NCBI RefSeq assembly: GCF_044704955.1
Contig: NC_091982.1
Coordinates: 111,972,001-112,036,000 of the forward strand
Direction: 5' to 3'
Length of the DNA stretch: 64,000 nt
From: Pristiophorus japonicus
Lineage: Eukaryota
Under the pieces are notes generated by a model. That model did no database searches. It saw only the letters and a list, made by a program, of their open reading frames with translations, and was not told the DNA's origin. Numbering within the stretch: position 1 is the first letter of the stretch; every line of letters begins with the position of its first letter. Positions 24,691 through 37,384 of this stretch are shown one piece after another. The translations under genes were made by a program, and so were the position numbers.

Positions 24691-25615
24691 ACAACAACTT
24701 ATATTTATATAGCGCCTTTAACATAGTAAGATATCCCAAGGTGCTTCACTGAAGCATTATCAGACAAAATTTGACATGGAGCCACATAAGGAGATATTAG
24801 GACAGGTGACCAAAAGCTTGGTCAAAGTGATACTGTTACCCGTCAATCTCCTTTCTCCTCTGGATCACCATAACACGTTTTGAATAAGTGCGAGACTTCG
24901 TAGTGGAGGATATGGAACAGACTTTAGTGATACACGGTAAAGGTGATCACCCTTAACTGTATACAGAGAGTGGCTTTTTGGTTACAAGTTCTATCTTTCG
25001 AGCCGTCTGATATACTGTTGAAAGCGATGATCCGTTATACACCATATTTTGACTACATCGAAGGAAAATGCCATAGATAAGACTGTATGACATATCTGCT
25101 CATAAACATTTTTTTTAAACTATTCATGTAAACAGTTATAGTTTGTTTACTTCAAAACTACTTCCCTTAAACAAGATTTCCTGAGCTAACTGTCTCTAAA
25201 CCCTTTGAAGAATAGGCTTTCTCAACCGTCATCTTTCCATACAATAGCTAATGAATACTCTAGCTATATTTATTACTTTAAAACTAAACCGTAACCACTC
25301 ATAGTGACACCATTACTGTCATGTATTTGCTTACACAAACACTTTTTGCATCAGAAAACAAGTCATGCTTTCTTCTCAAGACACTTCAAAGGCATCCTGT
25401 TTATTTTGGAAAGCCTGGGAAGCCTGTTGCCTCAAGACACAAAGAAGTTCGACTGTTGAACTTTAACTCCCCAATCTCTCCAGGATGTTCAACAGATAGG
25501 TATTAAGAAGTGTCTTAAAAGAGGAGAGAGAGGTAGCGAGGCGGAGAGGTTTAGGGAGGGAATTCCAGAGCTTAGGGCCTAGGTAGCAAAGGCATGGTCG
25601 CCAATGGTGGAGTGA
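24691..25615 (-). mobile_element. L2-like LINE 3' end, split by a solo LTR
   Basis: Tail AACAACAACTTATATTTATATAGCGCC; ...GGTCAAAG resumes as ..AGGTATTAAGAAGTGTCTTAAAAGAGGAG at 25495, matching the uninterrupted copy at 42070-42110. Confidence 0.75.
24834..25494. mobile_element. Solo LTR (661 bp)
   Basis: Termini TGTT...AACA; flanks GATAC/GATAG (5-bp TSD, one mismatch); cleanly interrupts an L2 copy; no coding sequence. Confidence 0.7.
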
Positions 25616-26270
25616 TGTTGTTGTTTCATATGACGGGAAAAGCTTATAATGGAATGTCTATCTATTCAGTGACCTCCTGAGATGCCATGTGGAGAAATGA
25701 GGTGCCTAGTGTGACAGATCTTACTGGGCAGGTTGGTGTGATGTGTTGCATGGTCTGGGACTCAGGCTGGGACTCAGGGCCACAGGCGTACTTCGGGTCA
25801 TCCCTCATCTTCCACTTGCGGATCGGGTCGAACGCTGTCCACTGTCTTCGAGAGAGGTCGAAGCCAGGGACCTCTGCTACTGGGTCAGTGATGAGGTGCT
25901 GGTTCTCTATGTAGCATGTGTCTCACGATTCCATCCCTCTGGATAGTGGGTTGAAACCAACTGCCTGAATATTGGCTACTGTTTCCCAGAATGTCCGACG
26001 AGATTTTAAGTGCTTTCGTGGTGGATTTTTCCAAGTCTTCGCGAATGGGGAGGTCGATGTTGCTCATGATATTTTTCCATTTCATAGAGCACGGTGGTGT
26101 TTCGGCGAATAACAGGAGGGGCGATGTGGGATAGCACCGGGAGCCACTCAGGTGGAGCGATGAAAATCGGGGATGCGGAAGATGCCAGAAAACTCCAAGG
26201 GTTGAGGGTCTTGAAGGCTTCAGGGGAGCTCTATCTGAATCAAATAAGCTCGGAAACAAGTTCCACAATT
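25615..26270 (-). mobile_element. Vingi/Ingi-like LINE 3' fragment, degenerate
   Basis: Frameshifted minus-strand peptides EWLPVLSHIAPPVIRR, NIDLPIREDLE, LITDPVAEVPGFDLSRRQW, CGPE..QTMQHI..TCP; (CAA)n-like tail. Confidence 0.6.
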
Positions 26271-26649
26271 TCCTAAATGCTGAATTGATGCGAGCTGGAC
26301 CAATTCAGATTGTTTTTGCATTGAGCTTGTTGCTTGCCCCTAATTGTTGCCAATCTGCCACTTGAGATTCAAGATAGTCAGGAACAACATTTTTACTGAG
26401 AAGTATGAGTGCTGCCTCTCCAAGTTACTTTTGACCCTGGTACTGCAGGTCCAGTGCAAGCTAGAGTCTCAATCTCCCAGTCACAGCATCATTCAGACTG
26501 ATGCTATTTAAATAGAAGCTTAGATGCTAATTGGAAAATACAGGCCTGGAGCAATATCTGTTTTTTCAGTCTTGAGGAGCTCCTGGAAGATTTAATGTTG
26601 ATGATTATGCAAATGAATTTGAAAGGAAACTTGTACCATAACTTCACTT

Positions 26650-27654
26650 CAGAAAACCAGCGCAATGCTGAGCGCAGTTTGCATCCGATTTGCCAATTAC
26701 ACCCAAAGCCGAAATTCTACCCCATGAACTCCCGTACCTCGTAAACCCACGACCTCTACCATCTAGAAGGACAAGGGCAGCAGGCGCATGGGAACACCAT
26801 CACCTCTACATTCCCCTCCAAGTTACACACCATCCTGACTTGGCAGAATATCGCCGTTCCTTCATCGTTGTTGGGTCAAAATCTTGGAATTCAATACCTA
26901 ACAGCATTATGGGAGTGCCTTCACCACCCGGACTGCAGCGGTTCAAGAAGGCGACTCACCACCACCTTCTCAAGGGCAATTAGGGATGGGCAATAAATGC
27001 TGGCCTTTCCAGCGACACCCACAACCCAGCAATGAACAAAAAACAAACCAAAGTATACTGGAGCAGCTTCCCAAAATGATTCAGTTGATTCTTGACAAAC
27101 ACACACTAGATTGCCAACTTGATGTGCATTGTTGGAGCAGCCCACTATGGAAGTCATGTGCTTGAGAGGTTTACTCTGAGCCAAAGCACTTCTGCAAGCT
27201 TTCTGGAGGAGTTTTGCTACTTCTTGCTTGGCTTGCTGATGGGAGAATTGCAAAATAATGAGAGCCTCTATTTATGAAAAGCCAAAGCTGAGGCACTCCA
27301 ACTAACTTAATCGATTCACACCTCTTTCTGGCCAATCGTAGGGCAGTTGTGAACATGGTTCAGGAAGGATGCTGAGGTCTAAACCAAAAGGGAAACCCAA
27401 AGTAACTCAAATGAAACTCTTTCATGTTAGTTTGTGAATATGGAAACTAACGATATACTGCCAAGTCAGGATGGTGTGTAACTTGGAGGGGAATGTAGAG
27501 GTGATGGTGTTCCCATGCGCCTGCTGCCCTTGTCCTTCTAGATGGTAGAGGTCGTGGGTTTACGAGGTACGGGAGTTCATGGGGTAGAATTTCGGCTTTG
27601 GGTGTAATTGGCAATTCGGATGCAAACTGCGCTCAGCATTGCGCTGGTTTTCTG
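26650..27654. repeat. 204-bp inverted repeat (arms 26650-26853 and 27451-27654, 597-bp spacer)
   Basis: Arms are reverse complements with 2 mismatches by eye. Confidence 0.95.
26735..27045 (+). mobile_element. Family B LINE 3' fragment
   Basis: NPRPLPSRRTRAAGAWEHHH; ends GGCAATTAGGGATGGGCAATAAATGCTGGCC plus A-rich tail. Confidence 0.85.
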
Positions 27655-28196
27655 GAACTTTTATCCAATTCAGGTGCTTTTGGTTTTCACAAGACAGGCT
27701 TCTTCCCTTCGTGCTCCCACTTTTCCTTCAGTACCAGGCCTCCTCTGCAGTCACCTTAATGTTGTTCCTTGACTGGTTCCATTATTGTGCTTCAGTTTTA
27801 AATTCTCTTCCCTCTGTTGCTCCCCCTTTTAGATTTGCATTGTTATAGTTTGGTGAGGGATGTTCTTACTGGGGAATGGAGTATTTTTCTGTTCTGGGCA
27901 TCCAGTGTCTAGTTTAGCAATTAGTTCAGGTCTATCAAACAATTGGCTCTAGCCCCAATTCCAGAAAAGCCCATATTAGACCAATGTAACGTATCCCATA
28001 GGTGCCTCTCCCCCAGCAGTAATACTGCCTTTTTAATTTCACTGCGTTTTTGTTAAACTCAGGGTGCTTCTTTGCCAGTGATGTAAAGTGAATGGGACAA
28101 ATGTACTATTGGGGTTTTATTTAGGTATGCTTTTAATAGTTTATAATGTGTGCAGTACATTTTGTGATGTTCAGTTCTGTTATAGGTTATTTAGTC

Positions 28197-28993
28197 ATAA
28201 GAACATAAGAACATAAGAAATAGAAACAGGAGTAGGCTATTTGGCCTCTTGAGCCTGCTTCACCATTTAATAAGATCATGGCTGAGCTGATCATGGACTC
28301 AGCTCCACTTCCCTGCCCGCTCCCCATAACCCTTTATTCCCTTATTGCTCAAAAATGTGTCTATCTCCGCCTTAAATATATTCAATGATCCAGCCTCCAC
28401 AGTTCTCTGGGGCAGAGAATTCCATAGATTAACAACCCTCTGAGGGAAGAAATTTCTCCTCATTTCAGTTTTAAATGGGTGGCCCCTTATTCTGAGACTA
28501 TGTCTCCTAGTTTTAGTTTCCCCAATGAGTGGAAATATCCTCTCTGCATCCACTTTGTTGAGCCCCCTCATTATCTTATATGTTTCGATAAGATCACATC
28601 TCATCCTTCTGAACTCCAATGTGTATAAGCCCAACCTACTCAACCTATCTTCATAAGCCAACCCCCTCAGCTCAGGAATCGACCTAGTGAACCTTCTCTG
28701 AACTACCTCTAATGTAAGTATATCCTCCCTTAAATACAGAGACCAAAACTGTATGTAGTACTCCAGGTGTGACCTCACCAATATCCTGTACAGTTGTACC
28801 AGGACTTCTTTGCTTTTATACTCTATCCCCCTTGCAATAAAGGCCAACATTGAATTTGCCTTCCTGATCACTTGCTGCACCTGCATACTAACTTTTTGTG
28901 TTTCATGCACAAGGACCTCCAGGTCCCTCTGTACTGCAGCACTTTGCAATTTTTCTCCATTTAAATTATGATTTGCTTTTCTATTTTTTCTGA
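28197..28993 (-). mobile_element. CR1 3' fragment
   Basis: ORF 28299-29063 carries QRDLEVLVHETQK..RSHLEYYIQFWS..GYGERAGKWS; (CATAAGAA)n tail. Confidence 0.9.
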
Positions 28994-29726
28994 CCTGTTG
29001 GGAGAGGGGAGAATCTCTGGCTGCTGAGTCTGAATCCATTTTCCCAAATGACAGGATGGTCAACTATTTGCTTGTCGCTGTACTAAATGTTTGGGGTGGT
29101 ACGGAGGAAGGTCTGTGCTGGTGTAGGGTTAAGTATACATTAGTTTCCCCAGTAGTGCAGTTCCAGATACACCCATGCTCTTTGGTATCCAGGGACAATC
29201 ACATACCAGTTATTGGAACTGAGGGTCGACTTTGTGACAAATGAGAGCAAAGCTATTTCTGATATCACCTGACGCTAACCCAGTGAAGACAATTTAACCT
29301 CAAATTTGTATTTGTGCAAACTGAGGCTCGTCTTCTTCCAATCAGCTCTCTCCCAGTTGGCTCTGGATCTTGGGAATCCTCCCCATCTGACTTGATTTCT
29401 TACCAAATCCTTCACGTTGATTTCCCCTCCTAGCTCTCCCGCCAACAGCTCCTCTTACCTGGTCTTCATCCTACAAACAGTATGTCTAGTGCATATATTG
29501 CACTTTGCAACTAAGATTCAGATGCACTTCAGTTGATCTTTCTTAAAGGTCAGAGTGTGGGAGGGTGAGTGCACATGTTCAGCTCTGTGCAAATCTATTT
29601 TCTGATGCACCGAGAGTTTAGTTTCTCAAGGTGGGCTGGCTGCTGGCACTGAATGTTGCACTGACTTGTTTTTACTTTAGCTGTAGTTCAGTGATTTGTG
29701 CCCATTTATATTGGTGGTCTCACATG

Positions 29727-30240
29727 CAGACGCACCAACGTCAGTGTTCTCGACCAGGCCAACATCCCCAGCATCGAAGTACTGACCGCACTCGACCACC
29801 TCCGTTGGGTGGGCCACATTGTTCGCATGCCTGACACAAGACTCCCAAAGCAAGCTCTCTACTTGGAACTCCTACACGGCAAGCGAGCCCCAGGTGGGCA
29901 GAGGAAATGTTTCAAGGACACCCTCAAAGCCTCCTTGATAAAATGCAACACCCGCACTGACACCTGGGAGTCCCTGGCCAAAGATGCCCTAAGTGGAGGA
30001 AGAGCATCCAGGAGGGCACTGAGCACCTCGAGTCTCGTCGCCGAGAGCATTCAGAAAGCAAGCGCAGGCAGCGGAAGGAGCGTGCGGCAAACCAGACTCC
30101 CCACCCACCCTTTCCTTCAACCACTGTCTGTCCCACCTGTGACAGACTGTGATTCCCGTATTGGTCTGTTCAGTCACCTGAGAACTCATTTTTAGAGTGG
30201 AAGCAGTCCTCGATTTCGAGGGACTGCCTATGATGATGAC
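29727..30240 (+). mobile_element. RTE LINE 3' fragment with 15-bp TSD
   Basis: LRWVGHIVRMPDTRLPKQALY; (GAT)n tail; TGGTGGTCTCACATG at 29712-29726 and 30241-30255. Confidence 0.92.
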
Positions 30241-30549
30241 TGGTGGTCTCACATGGGAGAGGGAAATATATGGCTGCCCAACGGCTGGTATTGGCCTACT
30301 GCGGTCTGTGGGCAGGCAGCCTAGTGATGATACGCCACCAAGTGTTGAGTCTCTGGCACCAGAGTAGCAACAAACACTTTAAAATTCATAGCTCAACACC
30401 AGACCGTGGCAGAGCCTCCAGACCTGAATTTAAACTGCACCCGGGAGTGTTCCCAGTCACAATCTGTACCCCAGGCCTGAAATGTACAAACTTTAGTCAG
30501 TGGCCTTCAGTGCAGTCACCAACATATCATCTTTGTTACCAAACACCAA

Positions 30550-31045
30550 GGTCTCAATTTTCACCAGTATTTGTGCCATTTTTTTTGGAGCAGGCTGCTT
30601 TTTCTGGCCCAACTTAAAAATCCCCAATTTCCCCAATCAATTTGCACCAGCGTAACTCAGTTAGTTACGAATTTTTTAAGTCATTTCTTTTTTCAGCCAA
30701 AGGGGGCGAAAGAGAGACCCGAACTGGCGACTGAGAATGGGCCCGCCCGGACAGCCTTCGGGCGGGGTTCGAGGTAAGGTGGTGTTTTTCAATTCTTTTA
30801 ATGTGCTGCGAGGTGGTTGTATGCTTCACTTTGCAGCCTCAGCTCGCATTATGACCCTGGTTACCATGGCAGCCCGATCTGTTTGACGCAGATCAAGGCT
30901 CCACCTCCCTCGGGTTAGGCCACGCCAAAATGAAGAGATCCAACGGGGAAACTTACAACACTTTTTTGGGGCATATTTGGGCCCCAAAAAATCAGGTGTA
31001 AATCTTCAAGTACGCCAAAAAAATGCTTTGGAGAAAATTGAGCGC
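30550..31045. mobile_element. Harbinger-type MITE (same family as 14803-15504)
   Basis: TIRs GGTCTCAATTTT / AAAATTGAGCGC; 3-bp TSD CAA. Confidence 0.75.
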
Positions 31046-31254
31046 CAAGATTGAGTTGTTGATGTGTTCATATCCATTCACGTTTAACACTCACGGGAAC
31101 TGCGCAGGTCAGGACCTTGTCCGACTCTGCTGCCGAATCTCACATAGTGTGTAATGATGCATCACAGTTAAGGTTATGGAAGCAGGCTTTCAAGTGACGA
31201 CATGTCCTAATTCATAATTATAAATTAAATATCGTAAATCATAACACATAATTC

Positions 31255-31662
31255 AGTTATGTGAAGAGACTAGACAGGCTGTGATTGTTCTCCTTGTGCA
31301 AAGAAGATTAAGGGGAGATTTAATAAAGGTGTTCAAATTTATGAGGGCGTTTGATAGAGTGGATCGGGCAAAACTGTTCCCACTGGTAGGAGGGTCAGAG
31401 CCAGAGGACACAGATTTAAGATAATTGGCCAAAAAAACCAGGAGGGAGATGAGAATGTTTAATACTCGCCAAGTTGTGATCTGGAATGCATTGTTGGAAA
31501 TTGTGATGGAAGCAGATTCAATAGTAACAAGAGGGATAACTACTTGTATAGGAAAAAAATTGCCAGGCTATCAGGTAAAGGCAGGGGGAGTGGGACTAAT
31601 TGGACAGCTCTTTCAAAGACACGATGGGCTGAATGGTCTACTTCTTGTTGTATGATTCTATG
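31255..31662 (+). mobile_element. Old CR1 3' fragment
   Basis: AGAAGATTAAGGGGAGATTTAATA...CCAGAGGACACAGATTTAAG...GATGGGCTGAATGG tail. Confidence 0.7.
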
Positions 31663-32363
31663 TCCACTGGGTTGATGCTATCCTGCATATTTCTGCAGTG
31701 AAGTTCCACACATAAGAAGTAATGGCAACATGTTACCAAGTAATTAATAGTGTTCATGGCACAGCATTACTGGGGAAAGTGAAAAGGACAGAAACAAACA
31801 AATCTTTTGAATTTGTGCTTATTTTCTTCATTTTTTTTAAACCTTTTTGACTGAAATAGAATTGTACGTTCATTATCTTTACAAAAATATGACACTATCA
31901 AATGGTAAATGACAAAACCAAACTTCTATTCTTGGTGATGTATCATATAAATGTTGACGTGTTTGCATCAATTGTCTCTCTTTGATATTTTAATGGAGAT
32001 GTTCAAATAAACAGGCTGAAGCCGTTGTTAAAATAGTGTGAAGTGGCATTTGATATGGATGCATTAAGTTTTCAGATGATAACATGGCTAATATGAATTT
32101 CGACTTTTATATTTCAGCAGCTTAACAGTGACAAATGAATGAACAGAGAGTACAATTAGCATTTATTACAGCAGACAGCATTCATGAAGCAGTGATACAG
32201 ATTTTGCTGCTGAATAGTTACTTGCCAACAATATTTTGTACTAGTCTACAGAATTTGCTTTAAAACCATTAGCTTATTTAAAATGGTCTCAGTGAACTGA
32301 GGCCACCATATTTTATAAATGCTATCTACAACAAGAATATCACACTACCAAATTTTACAGTTG

Positions 32364-32815
32364 GTGTCAGCTGTGGCTCAGCGTGTAGCAATCTCGCTTC
32401 TGAGTCCGAAGGTTGTGGGTTCAAGCCACATTTCAGAAACAGGAGCACAAAATCTAGGCTTGACATTTCAGCACAGTACTGAGCGCTGCACTGCGGAGGT
32501 GCCGTCTGAGATGTTAACACGAGGCCCTGCCTGCCCCCGCAGGTGGTTGTAAAAGATCTCGAGGCACTATTCGAAGAAGAGTAGGGGAGTTCACCATGAT
32601 GTCCTGGCCAATATTCATCCCTCGTCCAACATCACTAAAATAGATTATCTGGTCATTACCACATTGCTGTTTGTGGGAGCTTGCTGTGCTCAAATTGGCT
32701 CTTGCGTTTCCTACATCAATGACTGCACTTCAAAAATATTTACTTGGCTGTAAAGAGCTTGCGGACATCCTGAAGTCATAAAAGGCGCTATACAAATGGC
32801 AATCTTTCTTTTTCT
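32364..32815 (+). mobile_element. Full-length tRNA-derived Deu-domain SINE (SacSINE1-like)
   Basis: A box TGGCTCAGCGTG, B box GGTTCAAGCC; Deu-like core TAAAAGATC..GGCACTATTCGAAGAAGAGTAGGGGAGTT..TGTCCTGGCCAA; L2-type tail AAAGGCGCTATA. Confidence 0.8.
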
Positions 32816-33087
32816 TTTGCAGCTGTAATTATATTCAGGATCGCTGATTCATAGCTTTCATTGGAAAATAAATTGAATCATGGAATACGATCTGCTAAGA
32901 ATCTGGGAATCCAATATGGTTGAAAACATAATTTGACTTTTTCAGAGGCCACAAACAAGTGGGCCAAATTACAAAGTAACCTCCCAAAACACAGCTAAAA
33001 TCTCAGAATCCCTTGTGGAATTTGACTTGTACCATCACTGTAAATCAGTAGCCCTAGTTACATGCTAGAGAAACATTCCAATAATGG

Positions 33088-33370
33088 TTGGGTCGGTAAC
33101 CAGAGGACACACATTTAAGATAATCGACAAATGAACCAGGAGAGGAGGAGAAATTCTTTAACGCAGCGAGTTATGACGATCTGTAATGCACTGTTGAAAG
33201 GATGGCATAAATAGATTCAATAATACCTTTCAAAAGGGAATTGGATATCTACTTGAAAAGGAAACATTTTCAGGGCTATGAGGGATGTGGAACTAATGGG
33301 ACAGCTCTGTCAAAGAGCCGGCACAGGCACAAAGGGCCGAATGGCCTCCTTCTATGCTGTAAGATTCTAT
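33088..33370 (+). mobile_element. CR1 3' fragment
   Basis: AACCAGAGGACAC...GGGCCGAATGGCCTCCTTCT tail. Confidence 0.7.
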
Positions 33371-33371
33371 G

Positions 33372-33605
33372 AAATTGCATTTATATAGCATATTTCACAA
33401 CCTCAGGGCATCCCAAAGCACATTACAGCCAATTAAATTATTTTTGAAGTGTAGTCACTGTTGTAATGTAGGAAACACAGCAGCCAAATTGAACACAGCA
33501 AGCTCCCACAAACAACAATGTGACAACGACCAGATAATCAGCTTTAATAGTTGGTTGAGGGATAAATATTGGCAGGGACAATGGGGAGAACTCCTCTGCT
33601 CTTTT
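33372..33605 (-). mobile_element. Deu-domain SINE 3' half
   Basis: Reverse complement of 32580-32800. Confidence 0.75.
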
Positions 33606-34573
33606 TCAAAGCATATGAGGGGTACCGTCTGTACAGTTTTGTCATGGGATGAATTATGTTCCCTTTATTGCCCCATTCCAAAGCCTGGCTTTGCTACAAT
33701 GGTGTCCTCGGCTCCCAATACCCACACACAGCCATTCATGGTGGTTGGAAATCTGCTGGGTGGTATCCAAAAGCTCCTCAGCCATCTACACGTCATTTGT
33801 TTTGACAATAATTATTTACACAACTTGCCCCGTGCAGAGTTTTGAAAGCTCGTTAATGAGGAAACCACATGATGCAAATAAATCTTATCTTGATTTCCTG
33901 TTTCTGATTCCCACAAGCAGGTCTTCACAAAAGTTTGCTTGAATATTGATTCCTTCTCACACTGGAGTAGCAAAATATTGATTCCCACTGTAAAAACTGA
34001 ATGCTGTTGCAAACATGAATAACAAAACGTTTTTTACTTTCATACCGCTCCAAACACTGCTTCCACTAGCAATCCAGCCATCGAGAGACCAACAGGAATT
34101 GCTCTCAGTTTTGCGTTCCCCTTCCTCCCTACCCCATCACCCCCCCTCACCTCTCCCCCAAGTACAATGCACAGCTCTTGGGAAGCTAGATACATGCATG
34201 AAGGAGAAAGCAATAGAAGGGCATGCTGAGAGGATTTGATGAAATAGTTGGGAAGTGGCTCATGTGGAGCAGAAACAACGATATGGATCAGTTGGTCCAA
34301 ATGGCCTGTTTGTGTGCTGTAAATTCTATGTAATCATCAACTGACTTAAGTCATCCCAGCTGTGATCAGATCAGCAGTCAGCCCTCAGAATAGAATTCAT
34401 GATCATTGACTAGTTGGGCCACTGCACACTTACCCCCTTTATTGTGAATTTAGGATGGGATATCCAACTGCTGCAGCTGAGATATGATAAACAACACCAG
34501 GTGCAGACATCACTTGACATATAAAAATATAATTTCTAACATTCTGGCAGTTTCACAGAACCCTACTTTAGTG

Positions 34574-34710
34574 GATGTTAGCTGTGGCTTAATGGAAACA
34601 CTCTCGCCACTGAGCCAGAAGGTTGTGGGTTCAAGACATACTCTAGAGACCTGAGCACAAAATCTAGTTTGACATCCTAATGCAGTACTGAGGGACTGCT
34701 GCACTGTCGG
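34574..34710 (+). mobile_element. Deu-domain SINE 5' (tRNA) head fragment
   Basis: GCTGTGGCTTAATGG..GAAGGTTGTGGGTTCAAG..GAGCACAAAATCTAG matches 32364-32500. Confidence 0.7.
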
Positions 34711-36396
34711 ACTTAATGGATGAAAAATCATGGGGGGGAAATTCCCTGAATTCCCAGTATGCACTCACAGAACAAGAGTCTGCACTGTGAGCACGATTTA
34801 GTAAAATCTCCCCTTTAATGTACAAGAATGAGAGCTGTCACAAATCGGAATCAAATTACATCCTACTTCAACTGCTCCCCTTAGAGGGTGTCTAATAAAA
34901 ATACCAACAGGGTTTTGCACTGTCAACACCAAGCACAGAAGCTGAAAACACTTTCTGTCACCAGCCCAAAGTCACTCTCTGATATTGACTCATGCAGGGT
35001 TTTCACTTGTAAATCACTGGTGCAATGATTTCCCAGTAATTATAGATGTTGTGCATAATACAATGTGCACAAACACTGGGGCTGCACAGTCTACTCATGC
35101 ATTTAAAAAAAAGGAAGCACTCCTCCCATTGCTGGAGAAGTACTGGGTCAGTAAGTATGATCAAAATTTCTACACTGCAACATGTGATGCTGCAGGAGAT
35201 AGGTCAGTAAGGCTGACAGTGACCATTTTGTATTGTGGCCAAACTAGAAAGACACACTGCTGTAACTGGGGATGTTATCTGAAGTTGGGGTTAAGGCATA
35301 TTGCTTGGGTGCTAAAGGATGGACTGATTTTCGAACACAAAGCACTTCCATTCCTCACCTTGATGGGCATAAAATTCTGCAAAGGAACGGGTGAGAGGAG
35401 GAATTATCCCCAACTATGAAACTTTTTTTGAGGTGTGATTTTCTGTTATACCAGCAGATCTCCCATAATGCTCTTGATGAGTCAGAGGATATGCTGCTTG
35501 ATAACAACAGAGGACTTTATCAATGAAGTGTGATGGGTGAAGTCTTACAAGAAGTAAGCTTAGAGGTTGGGTTGTGAGCAGACATCCTGTAATAAATGGA
35601 TATCACTGCAGGGAATTTAATCCACAAAATCAGCTGCATTGTTTCGAGGCAGTGCTGAAATATATCTGCAAATATATCTCTCCTTACTACATTTAGAATA
35701 GTCTGGTAACTCCAATCAGCAAACTTCCTTGCAAGCAAAAAATATTTCATCAGCTACAGATGCAAAGGTCTGTATATAAGGCCAAAGTGCAATATAGCTG
35801 GAATGAAATATCCTCTTGCTTGTTGGTGCAACTGGTTTAATATACACCCACAGTTGTTTGAATTGAACACCTTTATTGATAATTGAAGGTGTCATCCCTA
35901 TCCTTGTATATCAATTTATTAACGGTGTCCTGTGGGAGATAGAGCTCTTCCTGAATATTTGAGAAGAGAACTACCTCTCCTAAAGGTTCCGTGAATCGGG
36001 CTCATTGATTGTCTCTGACTATTTATTGGAATAATGGTGCAACACGATTGCATATTTGTTGTTGCTCATGGTAAGTTGGAGGATACAGATTTTATAAGGA
36101 CTGGGACATGACCCCATGTAACGCCAATGAATAATTATGCTACTGTGGTTGTACTGTGCTTAAGTTGACCTGTCCCCGTAAAGCCACATGGGGCTATTGC
36201 TGTAAATCATCACACTCAGGTCAATTAGAAGATAATTTCTGTTGGAGAAGTTTCTCCGTAGATTGGCAGCTGCTCGTAAATCATTAGCTCCTTCCCAAGG
36301 TTAGAGGTAACCAGCAGGAGATACCTGGCTTTCTCTATCTTTTCAAAGTGACACCGAAATTTGCATATGTGCTGTGTGACACCTAAAATGTGATTC

Positions 36397-36745
36397 ATTC
36401 ATAGGTAGTCCCTCGAAACGAGGATGACTTTCTTCCACGCCAAAAAAGGATGAGATCACAGGTGTTTCAATGAAGGACCCGAACTACATCCTGAAGGGTG
36501 GAAGATGCCTGTGCGTGGATTTTTTTAACGTGTGGTGGCCGTTGCACACCAGCCACCACACGGGCTTGACACAGCTAGGTCTTGGCCCTGTGGCAAGGAT
36601 TACCCAAGACGACTGGAGACCAGCTCTGCTGCACGGACCTAGTGCTCACATATATCGCAGTGTGGGCTGGCCCGTGCTGTCCCTGGGCCCTTGGCGCCGA
36701 ACTCACGCCTCCCCTGGGCCCTGATCACGTCCCTCTACAGTCTCT
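36397..36745 (-). mobile_element. Non-autonomous RTE derivative (non-coding body + RTE 3' tail)
   Basis: Tail CCTCGTTTCGAGGGACTACCTATG matches the RTE copies; body AAAAAATCCACGCACAGGCATCTTCCACCC shared with 44743-45074. Confidence 0.75.
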
Positions 36746-37384
36746 TATGATACTTGAACAATGAAGAACATACACTAGATATGGGACATTTTAATATGTA
36801 GATTATACTAAAAGATTTAAACTGAATTGCAGGGCAAGGGGTCAATTTATGTTGCTTCTGTATTTATTACCTGGGAATAGCTTTTTTTTGTGCCAAGCTC
36901 AGAATGTGGTTCCTGGCAGAGACCCAAGTGAAAGAACAGGCCTACCTGCCCTTTTCACATGCCAGGACTCTGGTAATGCCACAATCTCAGTAAGCAATGT
37001 CACTACTGGGTATGTAACTGTCACAATCTCTGTGTAGGGGAAATCTGTGTGGGCTCAGTTCCTGGAACAGGCAGCTTCACAGTCCATATTGCCAGTTCCT
37101 GAACTATGTTGACCTCTGGGTAATTTTTTTTTCCCCTAAGGTAACCCTCTTTTAACATTTTGCGACTTTTAAAATTTTATAAAATTCAGCTAAAAATATT
37201 CTAAATGTGGTGCAGAAATTTCATATCAAATAATTCTATCACATATCTAAAATGCTACTCTAACAACCACATTTCTTTATTAGCTTCTCGTCACAGAGCA
37301 GGGAAGTTAAAGCTGTTTTTATTTAACAGGCTGGAGGCTCTTCCATGGCATTTAATGCCAAATGTATTATTCTGCTGCTAAGGT

